DNA from: Lachnospiraceae bacterium
Lineage (GTDB): Bacteria; Bacillota; Clostridia; Lachnospirales; Lachnospiraceae
Assembly (NCBI GenBank): GCA_022766515.1
Contig: JALEPA010000278.1
Location: 1-44,573, forward strand
Reading direction: 5' to 3'
DNA: 44,573 nucleotides
The position numbers and the translations under genes were made by a program. Below the pieces are notes generated by a model. It was given only the letters and a program-made list of their open reading frames with translations. It ran no database searches and had not been told where the DNA came from. This document shows, piece after piece, positions 29,756-38,422 of the stretch; position 1 is the stretch's first letter, and every line of letters starts with the position of its first letter.

Positions 29756-30325
29756 ATGACTAAAAATATAATGATTGTTGGTGTTGGCGGTCAGGGTTCC
29801 TTGCTTGCCAGTAAATTGCTTGGACATGTGCTGCTCAGCCAGAATTATGATGTCAAAGTATCAGAAGTACACGGCATGAGCCAGCGTGGCGGAAGCGTTG
29901 TGACATATGTTCGTTTTGGAGAGAAAGTTTATTCTCCGATCATTGATAAAGGACAGGCAGATGTCATTATTTCGTTTGAAAAATTAGAGGCTGCCAGATA
30001 TATGGAGTATCTGAAAGAGGGCGGAAAGATTGTGGTATCTAATCAGGAGATCGATCCAATGCCTGTTATCACCGGAGCAGCAGAGTATCCGGAAAATCTG
30101 ATCGAGAAAATGAAAGCGGCAGGAGCCGATGTCGATGACATGGATGCGCTTTCTTTGGCAATGGAAGCAGGAAGTGCAAAAGCAGTAAATATTGTATTGA
30201 TGGGTCGCGTTTCCAAATACTTCCCAGAGATCAGCGAGGAAGCTTGGCTGGCATCTCTTGAAGCATGCGTTCCGGCAAAATTTTTGGAGATGAACAAAAA
30301 AGCATTTGCGCTTGGACGCGCATAA
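29756..30325 (+). CDS. iorB: Indolepyruvate:ferredoxin oxidoreductase beta subunit
   Basis: GVGGQG, SEVHGMSQRGGSV, NKKAF. Confidence 0.95.
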   Translation: MTKNIMIVGVGGQGSLLASKLLGHVLLSQNYDVKVSEVHGMSQRGGSVVTYVRFGEKVYSPIIDKGQADVIISFEKLEAARYMEYLKEGGKIVVSNQEIDPMPVITGAAEYPENLIEKMKAAGADVDDMDALSLAMEAGSAKAVNIVLMGRVSKYFPEISEEAWLASLEACVPAKFLEMNKKAFALGRA

Positions 30326-30439
30326 GAACATGCACAAAATGGGTAAAGTGCAGTATTTGTGACCGGATTCGGGGAAGAACATGCCCCGTCTGAGTACATA
30401 GACAACGCCTTAGAGCAAAAGGAGAAGGAGAAAGGGATC

Positions 30440-31744
30440 ATGGCAGAAAATTATTATCAGAAAGACATCGAAACGATGCCGGTAGAACAGATCAAGGAAT
30501 TACAGGGGGAGCGCTTGGCAAAGCAGGTAAAACATGTGTATGACAATGTCGAGTTTTACCGTAACAAGATGGATGCAGCGGGAGTGAAGCCGGAGGATAT
30601 TCGTTCCGTTGAAGACCTCAGCAAACTTCCATTCACTGAGAAGGACGATCTTCGCGATCAATACCCATACGGACTGTTGGCAAAACCATTAAAGGATTGT
30701 GTGAGAATCCAGTCTACAAGTGGTACGACAGGTCGTAGAGTGGTTGCATTCTATACACAGCATGATTTGGATCTGTGGGAAGACTGCTGTGCCAGAGCCA
30801 TTATGGCAGCCGGCGGTACAGACGAAGATGTCGTACATGTATCATATGGCTATGGTTTGTTTACCGGTGGACCGGGATTAAACGGTGGTTCACACAAGGT
30901 AGGATCATTGACCTTGCCAATGTCTTCCGGAAATACGGAGCGACAGATTCAGTTTATGACGGATCTGGGTTCCACGATCTTATGTTGTACACCATCTTAT
31001 GCGGCGTATCTTGCAGAAAGCATTGATGAGAGAGGCATGAAAGATCAGATCAAGCTGAAAGCAGGAATCTTTGGTGCAGAGGCATGGACGGAAGAAATGC
31101 GTCAGGACATCCAGGACAAGCTGGGGATCAAAGCGTACGACATTTATGGTTTGACCGAGATCAGCGGACCTGGTGTGGCATTTGAATGTTCCGAGCAGAC
31201 CGGTATGCATATCAACGAAGACCACTTTATTCCGGAAGTTATCAATCCACAGACGGGAGAGGTGCTTCCTGACGGAGAAAAAGGTGAGCTTGTATTTACC
31301 AGCATCACAAAAGAGGCATTTCCACTGCTTCGTTATCGCACACGCGATATCTGTATTCTGAGCAGAAAGAAATGTTCCTGCGGTCGTACACATATCAAGA
31401 TGACAAAGCCACTTGGCAGAAGCGATGATATGTTGATCGTAAAAGGTGTCAATGTATTCCCATCCCAGATCGAGACAGTATTGTTGAACAAGGGATACGC
31501 TGCTAATTATCAGATCATCGTTGACCGTGTCAACAACAGTGATACGATCGAGGTCCAGGTGGAGAGAACACCGGAGATGAGTAATTGCAGCAAGGAAGAG
31601 ATCGCAGCGAAAGAGAAAGAGCTTGTTGCTGCACTCAAAGCAATGCTTGGCATTTACGCAAAGGTTGTTTTAGTAAATCCAAAGGCGATCGCACGAAGCG
31701 AGGGAAAAGCGGTTCGTGTCATTGATAATCGTCATTTGTATTAA
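30440..31744 (+). CDS. paaK: Phenylacetate--CoA ligase family protein
   Basis: STSGTTG, YGYGLFTGG, FGAEAW, DIYGLTE, RYRTRD, GRSDDM. Confidence 0.9.
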   Translation: MAENYYQKDIETMPVEQIKELQGERLAKQVKHVYDNVEFYRNKMDAAGVKPEDIRSVEDLSKLPFTEKDDLRDQYPYGLLAKPLKDCVRIQSTSGTTGRRVVAFYTQHDLDLWEDCCARAIMAAGGTDEDVVHVSYGYGLFTGGPGLNGGSHKVGSLTLPMSSGNTERQIQFMTDLGSTILCCTPSYAAYLAESIDERGMKDQIKLKAGIFGAEAWTEEMRQDIQDKLGIKAYDIYGLTEISGPGVAFECSEQTGMHINEDHFIPEVINPQTGEVLPDGEKGELVFTSITKEAFPLLRYRTRDICILSRKKCSCGRTHIKMTKPLGRSDDMLIVKGVNVFPSQIETVLLNKGYAANYQIIVDRVNNSDTIEVQVERTPEMSNCSKEEIAAKEKELVAALKAMLGIYAKVVLVNPKAIARSEGKAVRVIDNRHLY

Positions 31745-31774
31745 GATCGTAAAGAAACATCAACTGACAAAAAA

Positions 31775-31811
31775 TATACGGAAGAGGGCCTTCGGGTCCT
31801 TTTTCTGTATA
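31775..31811 (+). terminator. Rho-independent terminator
   Basis: TATACGGAAGAGGGCC-TTCG-GGTCCTTTTTCTGTATA with a UUCG tetraloop. Confidence 0.8.
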
Positions 31812-31868
31812 GCTGTAGAAATGAAGATTAGTGCGAGAAAAATCGCTCAGAAATGAGGTTAAGCATAT

Positions 31869-33011
31869 ATGAAACTATTCCATCTTTCAGATCTGCATAT
31901 CGGATTGAAACTTATGAACCGTGATCTGCAGGAAGATCAACGCTATCTTTTTGACCGGATCGCACGACTGGCAGAAGAGCGAAAGCCGGATGCGGTCATC
32001 ATTGCAGGAGATATTTATGATAAGGCAGTGCCTGCCGCGGAGGCGGTCAGCTTGTTTGACTGGTTTGTGGAACGGCTGACACAGGCAGTGCCGGATGCGG
32101 TCATTATGATGATCAGCGGCAACCATGACAGCGCACCTCGTGTCAACTGTTTTCGCGGAGTGCTTTCCAGACAGCACATTTACATGGTTGGTCTGCCACC
32201 AGAGACGGAAGAACAATTTATCGAGAAAGTTGTGCTTGAGGATGAATATGGGGATGTTAATTTTTATCTGCTTCCGTTTGTCAAACCTTCGATGGTAAAA
32301 GGTGTCGTAGGGGTGGATGATAATGGAAACAATCTCTCCTACCAGGAATCGATCAGACGGCTTTTGGAGCGTGAGCAGATCGACAAGACGGAAAGAAATG
32401 TGTTTGTCAGCCATCAGTTTTATCTGCCGGGGGGCACGAATGCAGACGAAGTAGAACGGATGGATTCAGAAATACGGATCGTGGGCAACATCGATCAGGT
32501 GAGCGCGGAGTTGCTGCAAGATTTTGACTATGCGGCACTGGGACACATTCACAAGCCGATGAAAGTGGGCAGTGAATGGATCCGTTACTGTGGCACGCCT
32601 CTTGCCTGTTCCGTGAGTGAGGCGGGACAGCAAAAAGGAGTGATTCAGGTCGATCTGGGACCAAAGGGAGAGCGAAAGACGGAGGTACTTCCGTTGCATC
32701 CGCTGCGACAGGTGCGTGTCATCAAAGGAGAGTTAGAAGAGGTGCTGACACAGGCTTGCGAAGATTATGTATCGGTCGTGCTGACGGACAAAGCAGACGG
32801 CAATGTGTTTGACATGCAGGAACGGCTACGAGTGGCATTTCCTAATTTGCTGGAAATTCGCAGGGAGACGATCCGACAAGCGGATTATACCAGAACAAAT
32901 GTGGCATATGAGCAAATAGAGCCATATTCATTATGTCAACAATTTTTAAAAGAAGTGGACGAGCAGGAAGAAAAAATCTTGCGGGATGTGATTCGCACGG
33001 TGCAGGAATAA
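31869..33011 (+). CDS. sbcD: Exonuclease SbcCD subunit D
   Basis: SDLHIG, AGDIYD, GNHDS, ALGHIH. Confidence 0.93.
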   Translation: MKLFHLSDLHIGLKLMNRDLQEDQRYLFDRIARLAEERKPDAVIIAGDIYDKAVPAAEAVSLFDWFVERLTQAVPDAVIMMISGNHDSAPRVNCFRGVLSRQHIYMVGLPPETEEQFIEKVVLEDEYGDVNFYLLPFVKPSMVKGVVGVDDNGNNLSYQESIRRLLEREQIDKTERNVFVSHQFYLPGGTNADEVERMDSEIRIVGNIDQVSAELLQDFDYAALGHIHKPMKVGSEWIRYCGTPLACSVSEAGQQKGVIQVDLGPKGERKTEVLPLHPLRQVRVIKGELEEVLTQACEDYVSVVLTDKADGNVFDMQERLRVAFPNLLEIRRETIRQADYTRTNVAYEQIEPYSLCQQFLKEVDEQEEKILRDVIRTVQE

Positions 33012-33052
33012 AAGGCAAGTACGCAAATTTGTTTCTGCGGCATTAAATTGGC

Positions 33053-33154
33053 AAGGTAAGGCGTAAGAATTTGTGTATGTAAGATTTACATAGGGAAGGC
33101 ATAAGAATCTGTCTATGTAAAATTTACAAGGGAAAGCGTGAGGATTAGTATATG
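33053..33154 (+). repeat. Degenerate 38-bp tandem repeat between sbcD and sbcC
   Basis: AAGGTAAGGCGTAAGAATTTGTGTATGTAAGATTTACA / TAGGGAAGGCATAAGAATCTGTCTATGTAAAATTTACA / AGGGAAAGCGTGAGGATTAGTATATG. Confidence 0.8.
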
Positions 33155-36100
33155 AAACCAATAAAATTGATCATGCAGGCGTTTGGCTCATATGGTAAAA
33201 AAACGGAAATTGATTTTGGAAAGCTGCACCAAAATCTTTTCCTGATCACGGGAGACACCGGAGCAGGAAAGAGTACGATCTTTGATGCGATCGTGTTTGC
33301 ATTGTACGGAGAAACCGGGGCATCCGGCAAGAACAACCGCAAAGAGGGAACGGATCTGCAGAGCCAGTTTGTGAACCAGGAAGTAGAGCCATTCGTGGAA
33401 TTGACTTTTTCGACCGGGCAGGGGGAGTGGGTGCAGGAATACACGGTACATCGTGTGCCAATGCATTTCAAAACATTGACGCGTGGCGAAAATAAAGGAA
33501 AGCAGGCGCGTAAGATCAGCGGTTCGGTCACGCTGACCATGCCGGATGGGCAGGAATATCCGACCAAAGAGGCAGGGCAGAAGATTGAGGAGATCGTGGG
33601 ACTGAGCAAAGAACAATTTATGCAGGTAGCAATGATCGCACAGGGCGAGTTTATGGAGTTGTTGCGCACCGATTCCAATAAGAAAAAAGAAATTTTTCGT
33701 AAGCTGTTTAACACAGGTTTGTATCAGGACATTATTGAGGAAATGGGCAACCGCCGCCGGGAAAAAGAGCGCGATATTGCCAAGATCAAGACGACTTGTC
33801 AGACGCAGATTTCTTATTTGATCTGTCCGGAAGAGTATCAGGGGCGGGATGCGTTTTTGGAGAAAAAGGATTGGATCGAGCAGGGAAAGATCACGCAGAT
33901 GGAGGCTTTCCTAAAAGAACTTCAGGCACTTTGCGAGGAGCTTGTCCGTCAGAAGGAGCAGGCACAACAACAGAAAGATCAGGCAGAGCGGTTGAGAGAT
34001 GAGAAACGAGATGCTTACCAGCGGGCAGAAAGCATTTTACAATCGTTCATCTCTCTGGATCAGGCAGAAGCAGTCTTAAAGGAGTGCGCTGCGCAGGAAA
34101 ATGATATTTTACAAATAACGAAATTAATTACTTCTATTCGGGACGCCTATGCGATCCAACTTAGTTATCAAAGCTGGGAAGAAGAGCAGACGCAGTTGGA
34201 GGCGCGGCGCGTGGCACTGCAAAAGCAGTTAGAAGAGGAGCCGGGACTTAAGGCGGAAGAAGAGCGTCTGGCAGAGGAAGAGAAGACGGCACAACAGGAA
34301 TATGCTACAGAAGTAGAACGATTTAGCCAAGTGGCTGAGCGGGTCAATAAGGAACTGCAGCAGATCGAGAAACTGGAAACGGCGGTGCAGTCTTGCCGGA
34401 AGGCGAAGAAGAGTTATGAGCAGACAGTCGCCAAAGAACAAGAGACGGCAGAGCTTATGCAGACGATGGAGCAGCAGGAACGCACCTGGAAAGAGGAAAG
34501 CCAGACCTTGCAAAATGCAGGCAGAGAATGGGAGAGTTGGAAAGCAGAAAAGGAGACGGCAGACCGTTTGCAGCAGGAAGGGGAAGAGCTCGCTTTGCAG
34601 CAAAAACAGCTTGAGGAAAAGAAAGCGTTGTGGCAGCAAAAGCAGCAGGAGTATAAACAGGCAAGAGAGACATTCGACGAAGAAAACCGAGTGTATGAAG
34701 ATCAGAGACGGGCATTTCTTGATGAGCAGGCAGGATTTCTGGCTGGTGCATTGGAAGAGGGAAGGCCTTGTCCGGTGTGCGGTTCTTTATCCCATCCACA
34801 TCCTGCCGCACCATCCGATGTGGCGCCTTCCAGAGAAGAACTGGAGCAGTTGGAAAAGCAGGTGGCAGTGCTCCGCGACAGACAGGATTCCTTAGCGGCA
34901 GAGGCAAAGGCACAGGGAGAAGTGTGCCGGGAGAAGACGGCGCAGATCGATAAATTACAGCAAAAATGGTATGACAAGTTACAGGAGATCATACCACAAT
35001 GGGAAGAAGAACAGACGATCACGGCAGCACTGGAAAAGGCGGCGCAGTGGCATGAGACGGTCGTGAAAACCGGCAGGGACAAGCAAAGCAAGCTGCAGCA
35101 ATGGGAACGACTGCAGGATCAGCTTGCGAAGCTGGAAACTGAGAAACAGCAACGGCAAAGTGCGCTGCAGGATATCCGACAGCAGCTGATGCAGGAACAG
35201 TCGGCATACGAGACGGCAGAGGCATTGCAGCGGGAATTGCAAGGCTTGCTAGTGTATGCTTCGCGTGAAGAAGCGCAGACGGAATTGACGGGTGCGAAGG
35301 AACGCAGACAAAATAAGGAACAGGCGCATCGTTTGGCAGCAAAAGCGAGAGAAGAGGCGGCAGCCAAACTGCATACGGCGCAGGCATTGATACAGGAGTA
35401 TCGTCAATCCATTCCGGAGATGGAGCGCAAAGCGGAGCAGAAACATTTGGAATATCAGACGGCATTGTCGGATAGAAAGATGAAGGAAGAGCAGTGGAAG
35501 ACCGTTGTCGCTCAGCATACACAGGGAGAGGAAAAAACACTTCAGCAGGAAGTAGATGACTTTACACACAAAAAAGTAGCAGCGGAAAGTGCTAGAAAGA
35601 CAGCTTTGGAGGCAACAAAACAGGCACAAAGACCTGACATGAATGCCATTCGTGAAGAGATGCAGCTGGCAGAGGAGCGCAGAAAAGAGGCAGAGGAACG
35701 ATACCAGATCGTGTTAAAACAGTATGATACCGATCAAATGGTATATGAGAATTTGCAAGGGGAGATGGAGCACCGCAGACAGATCGTAGAGGAGCACGGC
35801 AGGATCGACACGCTCTATCGCCTGCTGTCAGGTAACGAAAGCGGCAGTCGAATGGATCTGGAAACATTCGTGCAGCGTTACTATCTCAAGAATATACTTT
35901 ATGAGGCAAACAAGCGATTTGCGGAAATGTCAGCAGGGCAGTTTGCTTTTCGGATGGTCGAGGATGAGCAGGCAGGAGTCGGCAAAAATCGTGGACTGGA
36001 TCTGCGTGTCTATTCGGCAGTCACCGGAAGAGAGCGGGAGATCCGCACATTGTCCGGTGGAGAGTCCTTCTTGGCGGCATTATCGCTGGCGCTTGGAATG

Positions 36101-36343
36101 TCTGACCAGATCCGTAACCGCTCATCAGCGATTGAATTGCAAATGTTATTCATTGACGAAGGTTTTGGTTCGTTGGATGATCATTCGCGCAATCAAGCAA
36201 TCCGTGTGCTGCAGGAGATGGCAACCGGTGACAAGCTCATCGGTATCATTTCCCATGTATCCGAGCTAAAACAGGAGATCGATGAACAGTTGATCGTGCA
36301 AAAGCAGGACGATGGTAGTCATATTAAATGGCAGCTCAGTTAA
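33152..36343 (+). CDS. sbcC: Exonuclease SbcCD subunit C (SMC-like ATPase)
   Basis: GDTGAGKS, long coiled coils, CPVC zinc hook, LSGGE, FIDEGFG. Confidence 0.95.
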   Translation: MKPIKLIMQAFGSYGKKTEIDFGKLHQNLFLITGDTGAGKSTIFDAIVFALYGETGASGKNNRKEGTDLQSQFVNQEVEPFVELTFSTGQGEWVQEYTVHRVPMHFKTLTRGENKGKQARKISGSVTLTMPDGQEYPTKEAGQKIEEIVGLSKEQFMQVAMIAQGEFMELLRTDSNKKKEIFRKLFNTGLYQDIIEEMGNRRREKERDIAKIKTTCQTQISYLICPEEYQGRDAFLEKKDWIEQGKITQMEAFLKELQALCEELVRQKEQAQQQKDQAERLRDEKRDAYQRAESILQSFISLDQAEAVLKECAAQENDILQITKLITSIRDAYAIQLSYQSWEEEQTQLEARRVALQKQLEEEPGLKAEEERLAEEEKTAQQEYATEVERFSQVAERVNKELQQIEKLETAVQSCRKAKKSYEQTVAKEQETAELMQTMEQQERTWKEESQTLQNAGREWESWKAEKETADRLQQEGEELALQQKQLEEKKALWQQKQQEYKQARETFDEENRVYEDQRRAFLDEQAGFLAGALEEGRPCPVCGSLSHPHPAAPSDVAPSREELEQLEKQVAVLRDRQDSLAAEAKAQGEVCREKTAQIDKLQQKWYDKLQEIIPQWEEEQTITAALEKAAQWHETVVKTGRDKQSKLQQWERLQDQLAKLETEKQQRQSALQDIRQQLMQEQSAYETAEALQRELQGLLVYASREEAQTELTGAKERRQNKEQAHRLAAKAREEAAAKLHTAQALIQEYRQSIPEMERKAEQKHLEYQTALSDRKMKEEQWKTVVAQHTQGEEKTLQQEVDDFTHKKVAAESARKTALEATKQAQRPDMNAIREEMQLAEERRKEAEERYQIVLKQYDTDQMVYENLQGEMEHRRQIVEEHGRIDTLYRLLSGNESGSRMDLETFVQRYYLKNILYEANKRFAEMSAGQFAFRMVEDEQAGVGKNRGLDLRVYSAVTGREREIRTLSGGESFLAALSLALGMSDQIRNRSSAIELQMLFIDEGFGSLDDHSRNQAIRVLQEMATGDKLIGIISHVSELKQEIDEQLIVQKQDDGSHIKWQLS

Positions 36344-36377
36344 TATGGCTGCCATTTGATGAGCCTTGCAAGTGGAT

Positions 36378-36412
36378 GGTTTCTTTGCATGGACGCAAAG
36401 AAACCTTATTTT
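36378..36412. terminator. Terminator hairpin between convergent genes
   Basis: GGTTTCTTTGC-ATGGAC-GCAAAGAAACC then TTATTTT. Confidence 0.7.
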
Positions 36413-37656
36413 AACATATATTTAGTGCCCCTTCCTTTTCCTTCAATCTTCACGATACCCTTTTTAAACATTCCTTTTAGTAATTGTGTTGTTTTGGATT
36501 TCCCAAAAGGAAGAAATGGAGCAATGTCGCTTATCGGTTTCAGAGTTGTTTTGCTCAGAAGCCCATATAACAATCTTTCGTCTTCTGATAAATCTTGATT
36601 TTTCTCAAAAACCGGAAGGACAATCTTTATGGCGTTTTCTGACACCTCAAACTCTGGTTTTATCAAACCGTCTTGATACAATTGTTTGATTCTTGTGATT
36701 CCGGTTCCAAATATTTCAACAAATCCCAATCTATAAAAAACATTTGCAAGGTTTCTATTTCGTAAAACGGACAGTTTGCCGGACAAGTATTCGTCTGCTG
36801 TTATTCCTGACGGTAAACCACCCGGGGAAATGACTTCAATTTTATCATCTAACATCAAAACCCTGATGTGTGACTTTACATCCCAGACTCTATGAATCAG
36901 GGCATTGGCGATCGCCTCTCTAAAAGCAGCTTCTGGTATTTTTTCCACTTTTTTTCTATCAGCGCCCTCTATCAGTTCATATTTGTAGTAGTCCCTGAAT
37001 ATAGTTATTGATTTTTCATATACTTCTAACACAGAAATGTTTTCAAATGTTGCCCGTTTCTGAATAACACTGATATTTTCGCCAAACTTCACCAGGTCAA
37101 TCCCAGGAAAGTGATTTTTGTCAGCAAGTAAGCCTGCCGCATTATTATATCCCTTGCTGTCATCATATAGATTCAAAGTTTTTAGAGTATCTTTGTTGAA
37201 TGTTTCAAGCTGGATACATTCCATTAACTTCTGATGCAACATATGAAAAGTCAATTCCTGATCCTCGCATGGTAATTCTTCATAACTGATATTTTTACCT
37301 TCCAAAATAAGTCTGGATAATTCCAGTGTATCAACTTCTATCGTTGCGGTATCGTTTCGTTTGTAAGCTTTGGATTTATATAAATATGGCTTTTGAAGTC
37401 CACTATTGACAGTAAGTTTTATTGTCTGATTATTCTGCACTTCAAGTGTATAGTTTGGCTGAGGGGAAATACTGTCATTGATTTTGTTTTCAATATCCAA
37501 ACAAGCCTGTTTTACATCTGGCAACCCTTTGATGACGCCCTCATCATCAATCCCAAAGATTATGGTCCCACCATCGTAATTTGAAAAGGCACTGACAGTT
37601 TTCAAAAAAGTATTTGTAATTGACTCCTTTAATTCTAATGTTCGTGTTTCCAGCAT
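36406..37656 (-). CDS. AlbA_2 (Schlafen-like) / HATPase_c_4 / wHTH ATP-binding protein
   Basis: LELKES...KTVSAFSN..GGTIIFGIDD; REAIANALIHR, SPGGL, RNRNLA, GTGI; C-terminal GKGRGTKY; ATG 37656 after AAGGAAG. Confidence 0.85.
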   Translation of the reverse strand: MLETRTLELKESITNTFLKTVSAFSNYDGGTIIFGIDDEGVIKGLPDVKQACLDIENKINDSISPQPNYTLEVQNNQTIKLTVNSGLQKPYLYKSKAYKRNDTATIEVDTLELSRLILEGKNISYEELPCEDQELTFHMLHQKLMECIQLETFNKDTLKTLNLYDDSKGYNNAAGLLADKNHFPGIDLVKFGENISVIQKRATFENISVLEVYEKSITIFRDYYKYELIEGADRKKVEKIPEAAFREAIANALIHRVWDVKSHIRVLMLDDKIEVISPGGLPSGITADEYLSGKLSVLRNRNLANVFYRLGFVEIFGTGITRIKQLYQDGLIKPEFEVSENAIKIVLPVFEKNQDLSEDERLLYGLLSKTTLKPISDIAPFLPFGKSKTTQLLKGMFKKGIVKIEGKGRGTKYMLK

Positions 37657-37707
37657 TTCGATCGCTTCCTTTCCAATTAATATGGTTATATTATGCACAA
37701 AATCAAT

Positions 37708-37745
37708 CAAAAAATCAATCGTAAAATTTTACGATTGATTTTTTG
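37708..37745. repeat. Perfect 38-bp palindrome without loop
   Basis: CAAAAAATCAATCGTAAAA|TTTTACGATTGATTTTTTG. Confidence 0.9.
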
Positions 37746-37881
37746 CGTGTTTATAATTGAATTTACAAAACATATACTGTAATTGACGCGATCATAAGCA
37801 TTTGAAAGCCTAGTGATCTCTTGCAGATATGAAATATCAGTTTATAAATCTAAAATATCTCTTAAATTCGATAGCAAGTCA

Positions 37882-37938
37882 TTGACATTCACCCAAGGAG
37901 AAACTAAAATGCATAAAAATGGTTCGGTAGCGAACTAA
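37882..37938 (+). promoter_or_regulatory. sigma-A promoter plus probable MarR operator
   Basis: TTGACA-N17-TAAAAT (37882-37910); GTTCG-GTAG-CGAAC palindrome at 37922-37935. Confidence 0.7.
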
Positions 37939-37957
37939 TAGAAAGGAAGGAATCAAT

Positions 37958-38422
37958 ATGCTGTCAGATAATTATGCTGTTACGGGAATGCAGTTTCGCA
38001 AGCTGTTAGACCGGGAGACGGCACCGATCATGAAGAAGTATGATCTGCGTATGGTGGAGTTGGAGATCCTGATGCTATTGCACAGAAGCAGAGAGTGCAC
38101 CACAGCGCGGGATATTGTGGCGTATAAACATATGTCGAAGGCACATATCTCGAAGTCCATCGATAATATGAAAGAGCGGGGTTTTGTGATCGTGAAAGAA
38201 GACGAAGCGGACCGTCGCAGACAGCAGATCGTATTAACGGAAAAAAGTCAGGATGCCCTGCGTGAGATGATCGCGGTGCATGATGCCTGTGTCCGCAAAG
38301 TGATACAGGGGATTCCGTCTGAAAAACTGCGCATTGCGCAGGAAGTTGTAGCTGAGATTGCAAGGAATATCGACAAGGAATTGCAAGAGCAAGAAAATAA
38401 GAAACGAGGACGAAAATGCTGA
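37958..38422 (+). CDS. MarR family transcriptional regulator
   Basis: wHTH SKAHISKSIDNMKERGFV...DRRRQQIVLTEK. Confidence 0.9.
   Translation: MLSDNYAVTGMQFRKLLDRETAPIMKKYDLRMVELEILMLLHRSRECTTARDIVAYKHMSKAHISKSIDNMKERGFVIVKEDEADRRRQQIVLTEKSQDALREMIAVHDACVRKVIQGIPSEKLRIAQEVVAEIARNIDKELQEQENKKRGRKC

Noticed and set aside
33012-33154. sbcD-sbcC repeat as a mini CRISPR array
   Set aside because: The units abut with no unique spacers, are degenerate, and no cas genes are present.
33900-35800. Low-complexity E/Q/K/A-rich stretch with many overlapping ORFs
   Set aside because: It is the SbcC coiled coil.
36378-36405. c-di-GMP-I riboswitch suggested by GGACGCAAAG
   Set aside because: Other conserved elements are missing, and the sequence is a simple hairpin between two stop codons.
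37922-37935. LexA (Cheo) box
   Set aside because: The half-sites are in the opposite order (GTTCG-N4-CGAAC, not CGAAC-N4-GTTCG); the position fits a MarR operator.
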